Positions 51,985 to 64,000 of a DNA stretch of 64,000 bases are shown piece by piece. Made by a program: the position numbers and the translations under genes. Every line of letters starts with the position of its first letter. Position 1 is the stretch's first letter. The notes under the pieces were generated by a model. That model was not told where the DNA came from and ran no database searches. It saw nothing but the letters and a program-made list of their open reading frames with translations. This DNA is from the human T2T-CHM13v2.0 reference genome, Homo sapiens, in NCBI RefSeq assembly GCF_009914755.1, contig NC_060947.1, one strand, 5' to 3'.

Positions 51985-54900
51985 CATGGAGTATTTATGA
52001 AGACCTAAGGCTTTAGGTTTTATGATATCTTAATTTTTTCTGGTCGCATAATTTGGTTTCATTTCCCAGAGAGGCTAACCACTGGCCTATATCATCTCAG
52101 GCTGGTAAGGGTCTTTCAGTTTCTTAAAAGTTTCAAGGCAGAGGCCACAGACTCCCAAATTTTTCTCTTATGTTTATTTGTGATACTGTAAGTATTAGCT
52201 TTTTTAGGGCAAAACTCATGAATTAAAGTAAAAAATTTTTTGTAGTTTAAGAATATAGCACCAACTTAAAATTGTATCAATTGAATTAACAACATCACTG
52301 GTATGGGAGAGAATGAATCACCTATTAGAACAGATATTGCCTGCTATTTTTTTTTAGAAGTAAAGTCTTTCCTAGCATTGCATTCTATTTTATGCAGTAC
52401 ATTTGCTAAGAGAATTCAAAAGTAGAGATTGGGCCCATTGTCCTTCATTCCAGCAGCACTGAAGGTCCAATTTCATCTTTTGAGGCTCTTAAGGAGCATA
52501 CCACATAAAAAGGAATGGACTGCTTGCTATTCAGCCATAGCTGGAATAGCAATACCAATCATTATACTGTTATCTATTTGAAAAATGTGGATTTTACTTG
52601 GAGATGGTATTTATTGAAGCCTGCAAGAAATCTGCTTTCTGTCTACCTGGCAAGAGCAATTTGAAATGGAAAATTCAAGCTCAGAAATTCAGTTGAAATT
52701 TGAACTTCTCTATATTGCCATGGATTTTGGTATGATGATATATGCAAGGGTAGGGGTGAGGGGTGTCCACTGGCTTCTAATCCTGTGCTGTGCTTGTCTC
52801 CTGCTGCACAATAGGGCAATCGAAGGGAAACCTTCTCCAGCTTTATTAAAATGGGGAGGGCGTGGGATGCTGGGGCTGATGCACTTAAAATGCGCTCTGA
52901 AGCATCATGGAAATTTTGCCGAAGACTTTTTATGTAGCAACAATTCTATTGATAGAGTCAATGAGAGTTTTGTCTGTGCAAAAACTGCAGGATGGGCCCC
53001 CAAGTCACATGCTTTCAAAATTATTCTCCCTTTGTTGGATATCACAAAGAATATTTTCCCATGAAAACAAGATCTTTTGTTTCTCATGAATTCATTCTAA
53101 TTGTAAAGCGGGCTGATAGGGTTACTGCATGTTCTTTTCTCGCACTGGCAGGTGGCCTGAGGGAGCTGGTGAAATGGGCTCAGTCATCTATTAAGTTTTT
53201 TCTGGTCTTAGTGTCATTTACTTATCATCTAAAACCGTAGTCCTTGATGTTCATCTCAAAAGGAGATAACAGTGATGTCACAGATACTGATTTGTTCCTA
53301 TTTGGCTTTAAGAGATAGCAGGCAAAATATCCCTGCCTTTCTGGTTTCCTTACCTTTTTGCAAATGTGTATGACTAACAAAGAGAAACACATAGGAAATA
53401 TAGACAGGTAGGGAAAGTTGAGACAAGTTACAGCATCAATTTTCAAAAGAACTTGTTAAATACTTCATTGCATGTGCTAGGTTCTGTGCAGAAAATAAAA
53501 TAGGTACAATTTCCTCTTTATGAGGACTTACAATTTACCAGCCACTGTGCTGTGGTGAAAACATTTAGCAGCAATTTGGCAAGCATTTGCATAAATGCTC
53601 TGTAGAAGACCTGTGCTAAATACTGAGGATTTAAGACAGGTGAGGCCTAGGCTTGTCCCTCAAGAAACTCATGCAGAAATGCTATGTAATGATGTGGCAG
53701 TGCTGCAGCAAAAAAAAAATGAAATTAAAAGTGCAATAGGAACCAGATGAAAGACAATTCAGTACGTAAACATGAAAGACTGCAGCCAAAGCCCACAATA
53801 TGTTAATGAAGGATAGGAAATGTATTTTTAAAAATTTCCTGTATGACCTATTGTGGAAAGCTTTGGCCAGATCTTTTGCACGGAAATCTTTAGTAAGTCC
53901 AATGATACAGTAACAAGTGAGAGGGTGCAGATTGTGCTGAGTTACAGGATGGAGGCTGGGGCTGTGAACCTCTCTAAATAGTAATTGTAATCTGTGGACT
54001 GTGCCAGTTGTGCATGCACACACAACCACATGATCACCAAACTTCTAGAGAGCATCTGTATGGAGCAGAGGAAGGTGAGATGAAGGAGCTTCATTCACTT
54101 TTTTTGTATCTTTGATCTTGAGGACATCTATTGTACTTTTTGTTTGCTGGCTCCCCATCTAATCTTGGAAACTGGACTGACCTTTGAGGTCTAGCATAGC
54201 TCATCTGTGGTGGGTTTTGGGGACAAGGTAGGCAAGATATGGTTGGAGGCAGAGATGACTAGAGAATATCGGACACGGACAAAACATGGTGTCACCTTTA
54301 GATCAAGAAAGGAGGACTTTGTGGTGAGTAGGATGTGAGTTGTTTCCTTAATTGGATGAGGGTAGTAGATTTCCCCCCTTTTTGGTTGAAGTAAGGAAGA
54401 AAACCCTGGTTAACAGGGATGAATGGGGGAAAGGAGATGTTCTTGGCCCAAGCATAGGGATCAGGTGCAGCATAGGCCTAAGGACAATGGAAGCATTTGG
54501 GCATCATTGAGCCTGGTTTGAGTGCAGGTTATTCAAGGGCAGGGATGCACCATTGTGAAGGGAGGTGGAAAGTGCTGATCTGGGACCTGATACAATGGTA
54601 TGATGACCATAGTCTTACATTAGAAACAAAGGACACATGATTCGATGAGGGACTGTATCTGAAGATGAATAGGAAAGAGACAGGCAACACAGGCAGGGCA
54701 TGTGATATTAGTAATCACAGCGATAAAATAACCAGAGAGTGACTCTATTAAAAATGGGGCTTCTAGTGAAGTCTAGATTGTAGGGGGAGAAAAACTATTG
54801 TTTTATATCAATCAAGCAACATCTACAGACGTTCAAGCTCTCTGGATTGCATTCGCTGCTTATTATACTGCTTTATCAGGTTTCCAAAGGTCCTGGTTGC

Positions 54901-55659
54901 ACATTAACCTAGAAATACACAAAAGCCAAATTCGGTAGCTGGTATGGTGAAAAGAAGATTTTCTTTTTCATGTGTTGTCTTGAAGAGAGTCTGAAGGGGC
55001 TCAAATGATTCTCACATGCAGTCCTACAGTATAAAGGGACTTCCTGATCTTTAAGCATTTTCCTCCCTTATTCCTATCCCCTCTTTTTGTCTGACCCTAA
55101 CTCTAAACATCTTTAAGAAAAGCACTTAGAAAAATATAAAATAAAAGCAGCTGGGTGGGTGGAGGTGGAGTGTGCTTTGGTTGTTCTTTGTCAAAGCTGC
55201 AGGCATTAAGTGAGCCAAGGCCTCACAGAAAGAGCTCTCTCTTGCTCAAGTGTCTGTGGATTTTGCTCTGCACCATTTCTTTGAAAATCTCCTTGACATA
55301 ACCCTGATGTTTCTTCTTTCTCTTGCCTGACTGCAGCTGTACCTGACTCTTATTTTGTCACTTGCCAGCGGCAGGAGCTAGCAGATACATTTTACTAATT
55401 TCAGCTGTTTGGATTAGTATCACCATAAGTGGATTAATATGGATTTCATTAAAGAACCCTAAAGACTCAATCAAGGCCAAAAACTTCAGTCGGCCAAATC
55501 TACAATTCCTTATGCAACCCTCACTGATAACAAGGCTGCACCCTCCATTGCATAACCACCAAATAGACAAAGGATGGCAGACTTTTCATAAATACATATA
55601 TCTAGCAATGGCCAGCACAGTGGTCCTCAATGTTCAACTGACTGGAGTGCCAAAAGTAA

Positions 55660-56655
55660 GAAAATGCTAGAAAAAAAAAATCTATTGATGAGAATATGTC
55701 AAAGGGACACAGGGGCTTACTGAAAAAGCTCCCAGTGGCTAAAGCTGGAAAAATTTGAGCAACAACATGAAGTAATATCGATTTAAAACCAAAAGTATGA
55801 TATAAAAAAAAAAGAGAAAAAAGAGAAAATAAATAAATAAATAAAACCAAAAGTATAAAATAAATATCCACGAGTCATACTGATATAAATAAGTACTTGA
55901 ATACATAAATAAATGGGAGAGAAAGACACAAGTCTCCTGTGCAGATAAATTCCAAATAATTTATGTAGGTTCTCTGCCTTCAAGGGATGGGATATAACTT
56001 CCCACTCCTGATGTGTTGGCTACAGGGACTTTCTTTCAAGCATACAATATAGAAGAGCTGGGGGAAGAGTAACTTTACAGTGGGGAAACCTGATAAATGC
56101 TATCTCAGCCAGGTGATCAAGGGTCAGCATCAACAGTGGTCAGTCATGTTGATGGTGTGTACCCTTGAAGTGATGTGACGAAAATGGCACTTCACTTAGG
56201 TGGTCTTTCTTCTAAAAACACACAATTGCAGTCCCATTATGAGAAAAACATCAGAGAAATTCCAATTGAGGGACATTCTAAAATACGTATGACAAATACT
56301 TCTGAAACTGTCAAGGTCGTGAAAGACAAGGGAAGTTTGAGAAACTGTCACAGCCAAGAGGAACCTAAGGAGTCATGATGACTAAATGTCATGTGGTGTC
56401 CTTAATGGGATTCTGGAACAGAAAAAATAAATCTGAATAAAGTATGGTCTCTAGTTAATAATAGTATATCAACATTGGTTCATTAATAGTAACTATACAA
56501 ATGTACCACACTAATAATGCAAGACGCTAACAATAGGGGAAACTGAGTGTGGGATGCATGGGAACTCTCTGTACTATCTGTAACTCAATAGCTACAGTTT
56601 TTTTAAAAAAAATAAATCTGAAACAGTTGTAAAAAATAAAGTCTTTTCAATAAAA
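55660..56655 (+). mobile_element. L1MC-type 3' fragment
   Basis: aagagtaactttacagtggggaaacctg...gagaaactgtcacagccaagagg...ggaactctctgtactatct; same family as 32920-33360. Confidence 0.8.
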
Positions 56656-57763
56656 CAAAGCCCACAGATAGAGATTGCTGGCAGTCAGCCGGCCTGGGCT
56701 CATAGAGGGAAGCGTGACTAAGATGTGGGCATCTGCACCACCTAATATCTGCAGATGTGAATTACTAGAAGAGTCCCAGGCACCCTTCTGGGGCATTTTG
56801 AAAGTTCCCCTCTCTTGCTATGGTCCTCTCTTGGAGAATTTGCAATGCACACTTCAAATCTGTCAGCAGAGAGTGGGCTCTGATTACAGCCTGCACAGTG
56901 GCCTCAAGACGGTTAGGAGTCCCATCAGACCACCAAGGCTATCTGAGTCAGAGACGGGGGTGCCTGCCTGTACCGAGCTCTGCTGACCAAGTAGGCAGAG
57001 CAGCCCACCAGTGTGTATGGGCCTGTCCTTGTTCTTAGGAAACAACAATGCTACCCACTTCTCTGGGCTATTTTCTTGGGGCTTCACAGGGATCCAATAT
57101 GGATGAGGCAAGAGGCTCTGCTTTGAGGGTTTCAATGAAATCTCCCCATTCTATCCAACATAATCTGGCAGTTGTAGCTGAGGAAGTCCCCAAACTACAG
57201 AACTGAGGAAGGCATCTCAGCTCTGCAGACCCTCACCAGGCTGAGGCTGCTATTTGTAAAATTTGAATATCTAAACAAAAGCAGATGGTGGCTATGCCTT
57301 TTGTTTCTGGGCAAATCATGAACAATAGTTTGTGTCTGAATTCCATAGGTGGCCAGGAGCATAGACTTCTCTGCTCATGAATGGTGTGTTTTTGTCAAGA
57401 CTGACTGAACCCTTTTCTCTAACCATGATTCCCAGGAAAGAAACTGATTAACTTCAACCTGGGCAGCATGCCTCAAAGAAGTCATGTTAAGCACAAGGCA
57501 TAGTCTATGTTCCATGGTACCGGCCATATTTGGCCACTAACCAATACATTTGAGAGTGGCATATACTTCCTGATTCTTCTAATTTCCCCTTTGAATTTTA
57601 AAATTAGGGGGCTGTTTCGTGGCCAGAAGACAAGGTGTTAGATGGCAATTAATGTAGGCCAAAGGTTCCATCCCTTTTCCACATTAATTTTGGGAAAAAA
57701 TGCTTTTATGTTACATGGTGGCCCTCTATCAGACTAGCATAAAACTACAGTAATTAAGATGTA

Positions 57764-58060
<297 letters not shown>

Positions 58061-59088
58061 AATTAAGATGTAAACACAAAGCATTAACAAAGAACATTGG
58101 TACTTCCTGTCTTGTCCAACAGAGAGTCCCCTTACTAACAGAAATGAAAAAAGCGGGCCTTGGAAAAAAGGAATTATCTCTGACTTTTTGTCTAGTCCAT
58201 CATGATAAGCAGATATCATCAATGAAACTTCATTCCTAACTGACTTTGTTCTGGGCTTTCATATATGCATAAGTTAGCAGAGAAGAAGAGTTAATAAAGG
58301 ATGCCAGGCTCTGTACCTATTGATCTGAGATTGGGATTTACTGCTGCCTGGAAAGTTCTACCCAATTTCAGCTTCTGCAGTGTACCCAGCAGAGAGAATG
58401 ATAAATACCACTGTGCCATTGGGGCTGTCACTTTAGAGAGTGACATGAATGATGATAAAAGACAAACACAAATTCCAGAAAAACTTGGATTGGTTTTCCT
58501 GTCAACACGACTGAAATGGGAGATGTGAGACTATTGATAGAAAGCACTGAGTGTTCCTGATGCAATGTTATATAACAATGACTATGCTGTGCGAAGGTAC
58601 ATTTCACTGTCTCTGGAAAACAGGAATACATTCTCCTGGGGAACCTGCTTTTAGAAAAGATTCTTGTATTTTCCTTCCAAGGGAAATGAAAGCAGAGAGA
58701 GAATGGAATTTGAAAAGCATCAGAGAAAGTTTAGAACACCATCAGAGACTACAAGATGGTGTTTGAGAAATCCTATGACTACTCTATCCTCCTCACTGCT
58801 TGAAAGAGATGATATCATTCAGGCTTTGGAAAGATGGCTTGGGCTATTTTGACCCATCTGATGGGTGACTTAATTACTTGCTTTGCCTGTTGCCTGATGC
58901 AGTCAGCAATACGAAATCGTCTTTAGAATAGCTAACGGATTATGTAAATAACAAAGCCAAAGGCACTTTAAGACGTGTTACTAAAGCATGCTCTTTATTA
59001 AGTTAACTAATGTATGTAAAGAGTTTAGAACAGTATCTGGAATATAGTAAGTGCTCAATAAATGGTGGCTATTATAGCAGACACTATT

Positions 59089-59529
59089 TTTAAATTTTTA
59101 ATTTTAAGTTCTGGGGTACATGTGCAGAATGTGCAGGTTTGTTGCATAGGTAAATGTGTACCATGGTGGTTTGCTGTACCTATCAACCCACCACCTAGGT
59201 ATTAATCGCAGAGTGCATTAACTATTTTTCCTAATGCTCTCTGTCCCCCCACCTCACCTTCCGACAGGCCCCAGTGTGTGTTGTTCCCCTCCCTGTGTCC
59301 ATGTGTTCTCATTGTTCAGCTCCCACTTATAAGCGAGAACATGCAGTGTTTGGCTTTCTGCTCCTGTGTTAGTTTGCTGAGGATAATGACTTTCAGCTCC
59401 ATCCATGTCCCTGCAAAGGACAGGATCTTATTCTTTTTTTATGGCTGTATAGTATTCCATGGTGTATATGCGCCATATTTTCTTTATCCAGTCTATCATA
59501 GATGGGCATTTGGGTTGATTTTATGTCTT
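59089..59529 (-). mobile_element. Short L1PA 3' fragment
   Basis: ttttaagttctggggtacatgtgcagaatgtgcagg; 17-bp TSD ttatagcagaca[c/a]tatt. Confidence 0.92.
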
Positions 59530-59530
59530 T

Positions 59531-59990
59531 TATAGCAGACAATATTAATGTCCTGCCACATATTCCTTGGCCTTCCTCTGAGTTTGCCTGCATGTGCCTC
59601 CTAGTTCCTGTGCACATCAACAGGTGCCCATTTTGAGTGCTGGGCTTCCTTGGTTTCTCTGCCCAAGGGCCTCCTTAGCTACCAGTGGAGCTTGTACATT
59701 TCTTTGCGGGAGAGGCTAGAAATGCTGGGGCAACCGTCAACCCATGAGAAATGGGACCTGATGAATAAGTACCCCAGCTTCCATGTTCTTAGGTGGGAAA
59801 ATTCTGAGGAGTGTTCTATAAGCTTCCTAAGAGGATCCTCTTCAGGATTGAACTCTAGTTGCCCACAGCAGAAGGCTGCTCATTAAAGCACCCTTTCCTT
59901 GTCTTTTCACTATTTCTTATTTCACTTTATCAATTATGCTTCCTGGGATCACCCCTCAAATAAAATGCCCAAACCTCAGTTGTTTTTCAC
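59531..59990 (-). mobile_element. LTR16-like ERVL LTR
   Basis: gagaggctagaaatgctgggg...aataagtaccccagcttcc...gcttcctgggatcacccctcaaataaaatgccc; strand uncertain. Confidence 0.6.
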
Positions 59991-61678
59991 AGTCTATTGT
60001 TTTGGTAATCAGAACTGAAAAAGTATTGTTGGCATTAACTGCTGCTAAGTATGGGGGCCATAAAAGGTCATGGCAGAAAAATTCATTACAATATTATGTA
60101 ATATGGCTACACAATGATTTATCATTTGAAGACAAATAGATGCATGCCGATTTTTGGATTTATAGAAAATGACCAAAAATTATTCAAGTAATAAAAAATA
60201 GGCTTTTGGAATAGTAGCTATAGCTGGAATTAGCCTCCCTCAAAAAGCTCATGTTTACCAAAATGTAGAAAGAAGTAGTGGCTACGTGGTAACATTTACA
60301 GCAACTCTTGTGCTCACAGTTCATCATCTTTATTGTGTTCCAACATGGACAGCAAGACATGTCCAGTATGCATACACAGTGGCCTGCACAATTGTATTTG
60401 CTTCATGAAAAGAATAAGCAAAAAAACTGTTCAAGGCTTTTAGTTCAGTATAAATTCATTCCTCTAAAGGAAAATGCCATCCTAAACATTTTTTTACTTG
60501 CAAAACAATCTTCAAGCTATAGAGCAATTTATTTTACATGACATTTACAGAAAATCAACAGAAGTAGCTTTTATAACGTGTGTATCCACAAATCACGTTT
60601 CCTTGCTATGGTTACGCATTGAAATCTCTTGAGGTCTCTTCTGGTGCTGCCTCTGGGAGAAGGCCTTTAGAAATGATTGTTTCTGTTCACGTAAGTATCC
60701 TTTTCTCAATGGAAAATGTATATTATTCCCTACTGGGGTACCACTGCTTTCTCCACTCCCAGGCCCCCAAAGACAGTATTTGACAAGGATTGCTACCTTC
60801 TGCCTTAATACCTTCATAGTCTCCAACATTTCATATGGTGCTTTACTTGAAACAAATGAGCAAAAATTGAAAAATGAAATAACAAACAGGAAAACTGAAG
60901 TAGTATGTAATTTAACTGACAAAAATAATTTGAACATGAAAATGTGGGTGAGTTCAATGAGTATAATTATAACAGAATCTTGAGATTTCATAACAACATT
61001 AGCATCCAGCCTTAGCACACTGTTATTCCAAATGACCTTTTCCCCCTTCCCATTCACTCCCTTCAGTACTTGGAGGATGGGTTTCATAATATCAGCTGAG
61101 CTCAGGGGTACTGTGGGCTCTCACACAGTGATGCTTAATCACAACATCACTTCTCCAGCCTAGGATATTGCTGTTTACCCTTTAATGCTGGTCAACAGAA
61201 GACAGATGGTAAGCAATCACTTTCTAATGGCATGTTCGGAAATCATTATATTTAAAATGTTAATTTATTAAACTTTTTTTTTTATTCCAACTGAGCCTAG
61301 ATCTTTGATCTGGAGGATTTATAGGTTATGAACAAGGACACAATGGTTACCAAAAAGAGGATAAATTAAAAGAAGTTTTCAAATGAGTAAGGTGGTGTGA
61401 AAGGGCAGAGGATGTGCTGTCAATGAAATGTAGGTGAACACAGAGTTTAGTTGTGATGAACATATTTTGTCTACAGTAAGCGAGGCATCCAGAAAATGGT
61501 CTATAAGAAAGTAACTCCCAAAGACAGATTTTTGAGTGTCCACTGGCCCAAAGAAGGCAAGGATCTTGCCAGAACTTCCCACATCAGCTAACCTTTCTGG
61601 TATTGTTAATAGCCTTAAACACACAAAGCCACCTTGTGCAAGTGAACCGAGACTGCAAAGATTCTTAAAAAAAAAAAC

Positions 61679-61816
61679 TTTTGTATTTTTTAATAAGTAG
61701 AGACGGGGTATCACTATTGTTGCTCAGGCTAGTCTTGAACTCCTGGCCTCAAGTGATCCTCCCACCATGGCCTCCCAGAGTGCTGGGATTACAGGTAGGA
61801 GCCACAGCATCTGGCT
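61679..61816 (-). mobile_element. FLAM_C-like Alu monomer
   Basis: tagagacggggtatcactattgttgctcaggctagtcttgaactcctggcctcaagtgatcctccc. Confidence 0.88.
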
Positions 61817-61857
61817 CAGATTCCTTTTGAAGAGTTTGGCCACAAGAATTATGCAGA

Positions 61858-62160
61858 GGCCAGGCACAGTGGCTCCTGCGTGTAATCCCAGCACTTTTGG
61901 AGGCCAATGCAGATGCATCACTTGAGCTCAGGAGTTTGACACCAGCCTGCCAACATCGTGAAACCCCATCTCTACTAAAAATACAAAAAATTAGCTGGTT
62001 GTGATGGCATGTGCCTGTAGTACCAGCTACTTGAGAGGTTGAGGTGGGAGGATCACTTGAGCCCAGGAGCTCAGGGCTGCAGTGAGCTGTGATCATGCCA
62101 CTGTACTCCAGCCTGGGTGACAGAGTGAGACTGGGGGAAAAAAAAAAAAGAGAGAGAGAG
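61858..62160 (+). mobile_element. AluJ
   Basis: Full Alu with ggaggatcacttgagcccaggag; TSD ttatgcaga at 61849 and 62161. Confidence 0.92.
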
Positions 62161-62305
62161 TTATGCAGAGACGTTCAAACTTGAGTTACAGGGGGAAAAA
62201 TGATTCTTGGTAGCCACAAGGGCCTTCTCAGGACAGTAGGTCTCATTAAATCAGGGCTATTTTTTATTGTGATAGAATTCATATAAAAATTTTACCACTT
62301 TAAAT

Positions 62306-62799
62306 CAGGGCTTCTTACTCTTTTCTTATGCCGTCGACCCCATTGGCAATTTGGTAAAATCTGTGGACCCCCTTCTCAGAATCATGTTTTTAAATGCATA
62401 AAATAAAATACATAGAATTTCAAAGGAAGCCAATTACTTTGAAACTTTGTTATCAAAGAATTTTAAGAATCAAATATGTGAAACTGATATATGTGCTTCT
62501 TAATTAATCTATTAATAGCAAGATCTAGCAGGCAAGACTAATAACTAGCATAATTTTAAAGTGGTGATGAACAAAGAGAATATTTTGATTCAGCTGCAAC
62601 AATTATGGGGTGAAAATATCTGTGTCTTCTCCTGGTGGCAAGGGTCTCAGGTACAGATAATACTGCTGTAGGTTGTTGATTAGATTATTAATAGAAGCAA
62701 ACACTAAGTTTTAGTTAGAGGTTAGTGCAAATAAAGTAACATTTTTCTATCCAAGTTTATGAAACCCCTGAACTCTTGTCACCAGATTAGGAACCCCTG
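62306..62799 (+). mobile_element. MER119-like hAT-Charlie element
   Basis: Ends cagggcttctta / taggaacccctg; internal tggacccccttctcagaatcatgtttttaaatgcataaaataaaatacata; strand uncertain. Confidence 0.75.
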
Positions 62800-63614
62800 C
62801 ATGAAATACAAGCTCCCCTGCCTCCGCCCAGTTTTTGGTTAAGTTTGGAAGCAAATAATAGAGGGAGGGTGAAGTAGTTGGAGCCAAGAGGGACTCAGCC
62901 AGGAATCGACAAGGTGAGGCCAGTGCAACCATAGTGGCAAGGTAACCACAGGGCACTTTTAAGTCAGTGATGCCTACTCTAACTCAAAAAGTTGTTTTTT
63001 AATCACGTAGTGTCAGTCATTTCTATGTTTCCCTCTGAACGCTTCAGTAAAGTCAGGTATATTCCAGAATGTATTTTGGGAGTGGCCTTTCCATGGCCCT
63101 TGAGGAAGGGTCTGATTTACACACTTGAGAGGCAAAGGCCACTGATCACCCAGGCAGACGCAGGAATTCTCAGGGATCACCAAAGTTCTGGGGAGGGCTT
63201 TGAACTTCTGTTGCATACAGAGCTGGGGGCTTAGGTTGACCTAGACCCCCAAAAAACAGAGAGCCCAGATGATATCCAGTTGTACTTGGTTTATATGGAA
63301 TAAGTATTAATAGAACTACAGGAGGTGTGGGACAGATCCAGTGAGACGAACTGCCTTCCCTTCCTCTTCAGCTAATCTCTGCAGTCTGGAGTATCTATTT
63401 TCCAGTAGAGTCAAGGGCTGTAAACTAGGATTCTAGCTAAATGAAGAGCATCATTTTGCCTCCTCTGACCTTACACAGAAGTCGCTGCTTGCCTTTGCAT
63501 TTGGATTGCTCCAACTATCATTTGCTTACTGTTCCCAGTCATCTTATCTCGGATGTGAAAGATGGTGACACCACAAGCAGAGCTCTGTCATGGATTCCAG
63601 GGGCTGAGTAAGGT

Positions 63615-63850
63615 GGTGAGGTGTAGTGGTCTATACCTTGCACTTTGGATCTGATCCGAGTTTGAATCCTGGCTCTGCTACTTGCCTTGGGCAAGTTTCT
63701 TCACTTTTGCAAGCAACAATTCTCTCCTGTGTAAATTGAGGAAAACAATTACACTTGATTCATAAGGCTTTTGTGAGTATTAAACCCAATAATGTGTGTA
63801 GCACCTTTAGCGTGGTTTGTAGTGCATAGTAGGTGTTTAATAATATAGCT
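63615..63850 (+). mobile_element. MIR SINE
   Basis: gagtttgaatcctggctctgctact...ccttgggcaagtttcttcac...tgtaaattgagga core. Confidence 0.8.
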
Positions 63851-63852
63851 AT

Positions 63853-64000
63853 GGCTGGGCGCGGTGGCTCACACCTGTAATCCCAGCACTTTGGGAGGCC
63901 GAGGCGGGTGGATCACCTGACGTCTGGAGTTCAAGACCAGCCTGGCCAACATGGCAAAACCCCATCTCTCCTAAAAATACAAAAAAAATTAGCCAGGTAT
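63853..64000 (+). mobile_element. AluS, cut by the window end
   Basis: ggctgggcgcggtggctcacacctgtaatcccagc... Confidence 0.95.

Overview
Primate, almost certainly human, genomic DNA: AT-rich and dense in Alu, L1, L2, MIR and LTR repeats. It holds one real protein-coding gene, MID1IP1 (MIG12, Spot14/THRSP family; from memory, Xp11.4), on the + strand. The CDS is intronless (12430-12981) inside a CpG island, with two apparent promoters and non-coding first exons (~8900 and ~11770) and a 3' end near 14010. The remaining ~50 kb is repeat-rich intergenic sequence. The best hidden feature is absent from the ORF track: a 5'-truncated processed copy of CSNK1A1 (CK1-alpha) on the minus strand at ~15248-16092. 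It keeps the last 22 codons plus the 3'UTR, an A-tail remnant and a 10-bp target-site duplication, and lies convergent with MID1IP1 ~1.2 kb past its poly(A) site. Other leads are a candidate cassette 5'UTR exon that would create a uORF, a ChoRE/D-box/LXRE motif cluster, a 15-bp 3'UTR stem-loop, a perfect 31-bp palindrome, a possible ancient amniote MITE remnant, and a triple-nested L1PA>FLAM>L1MC insertion. I see no prokaryotic system, CRISPR array or recognisable tRNA/rRNA/snRNA, and no clearly new biological system. Repeat subfamily calls come from recalled consensus sequences and their boundaries are approximate.
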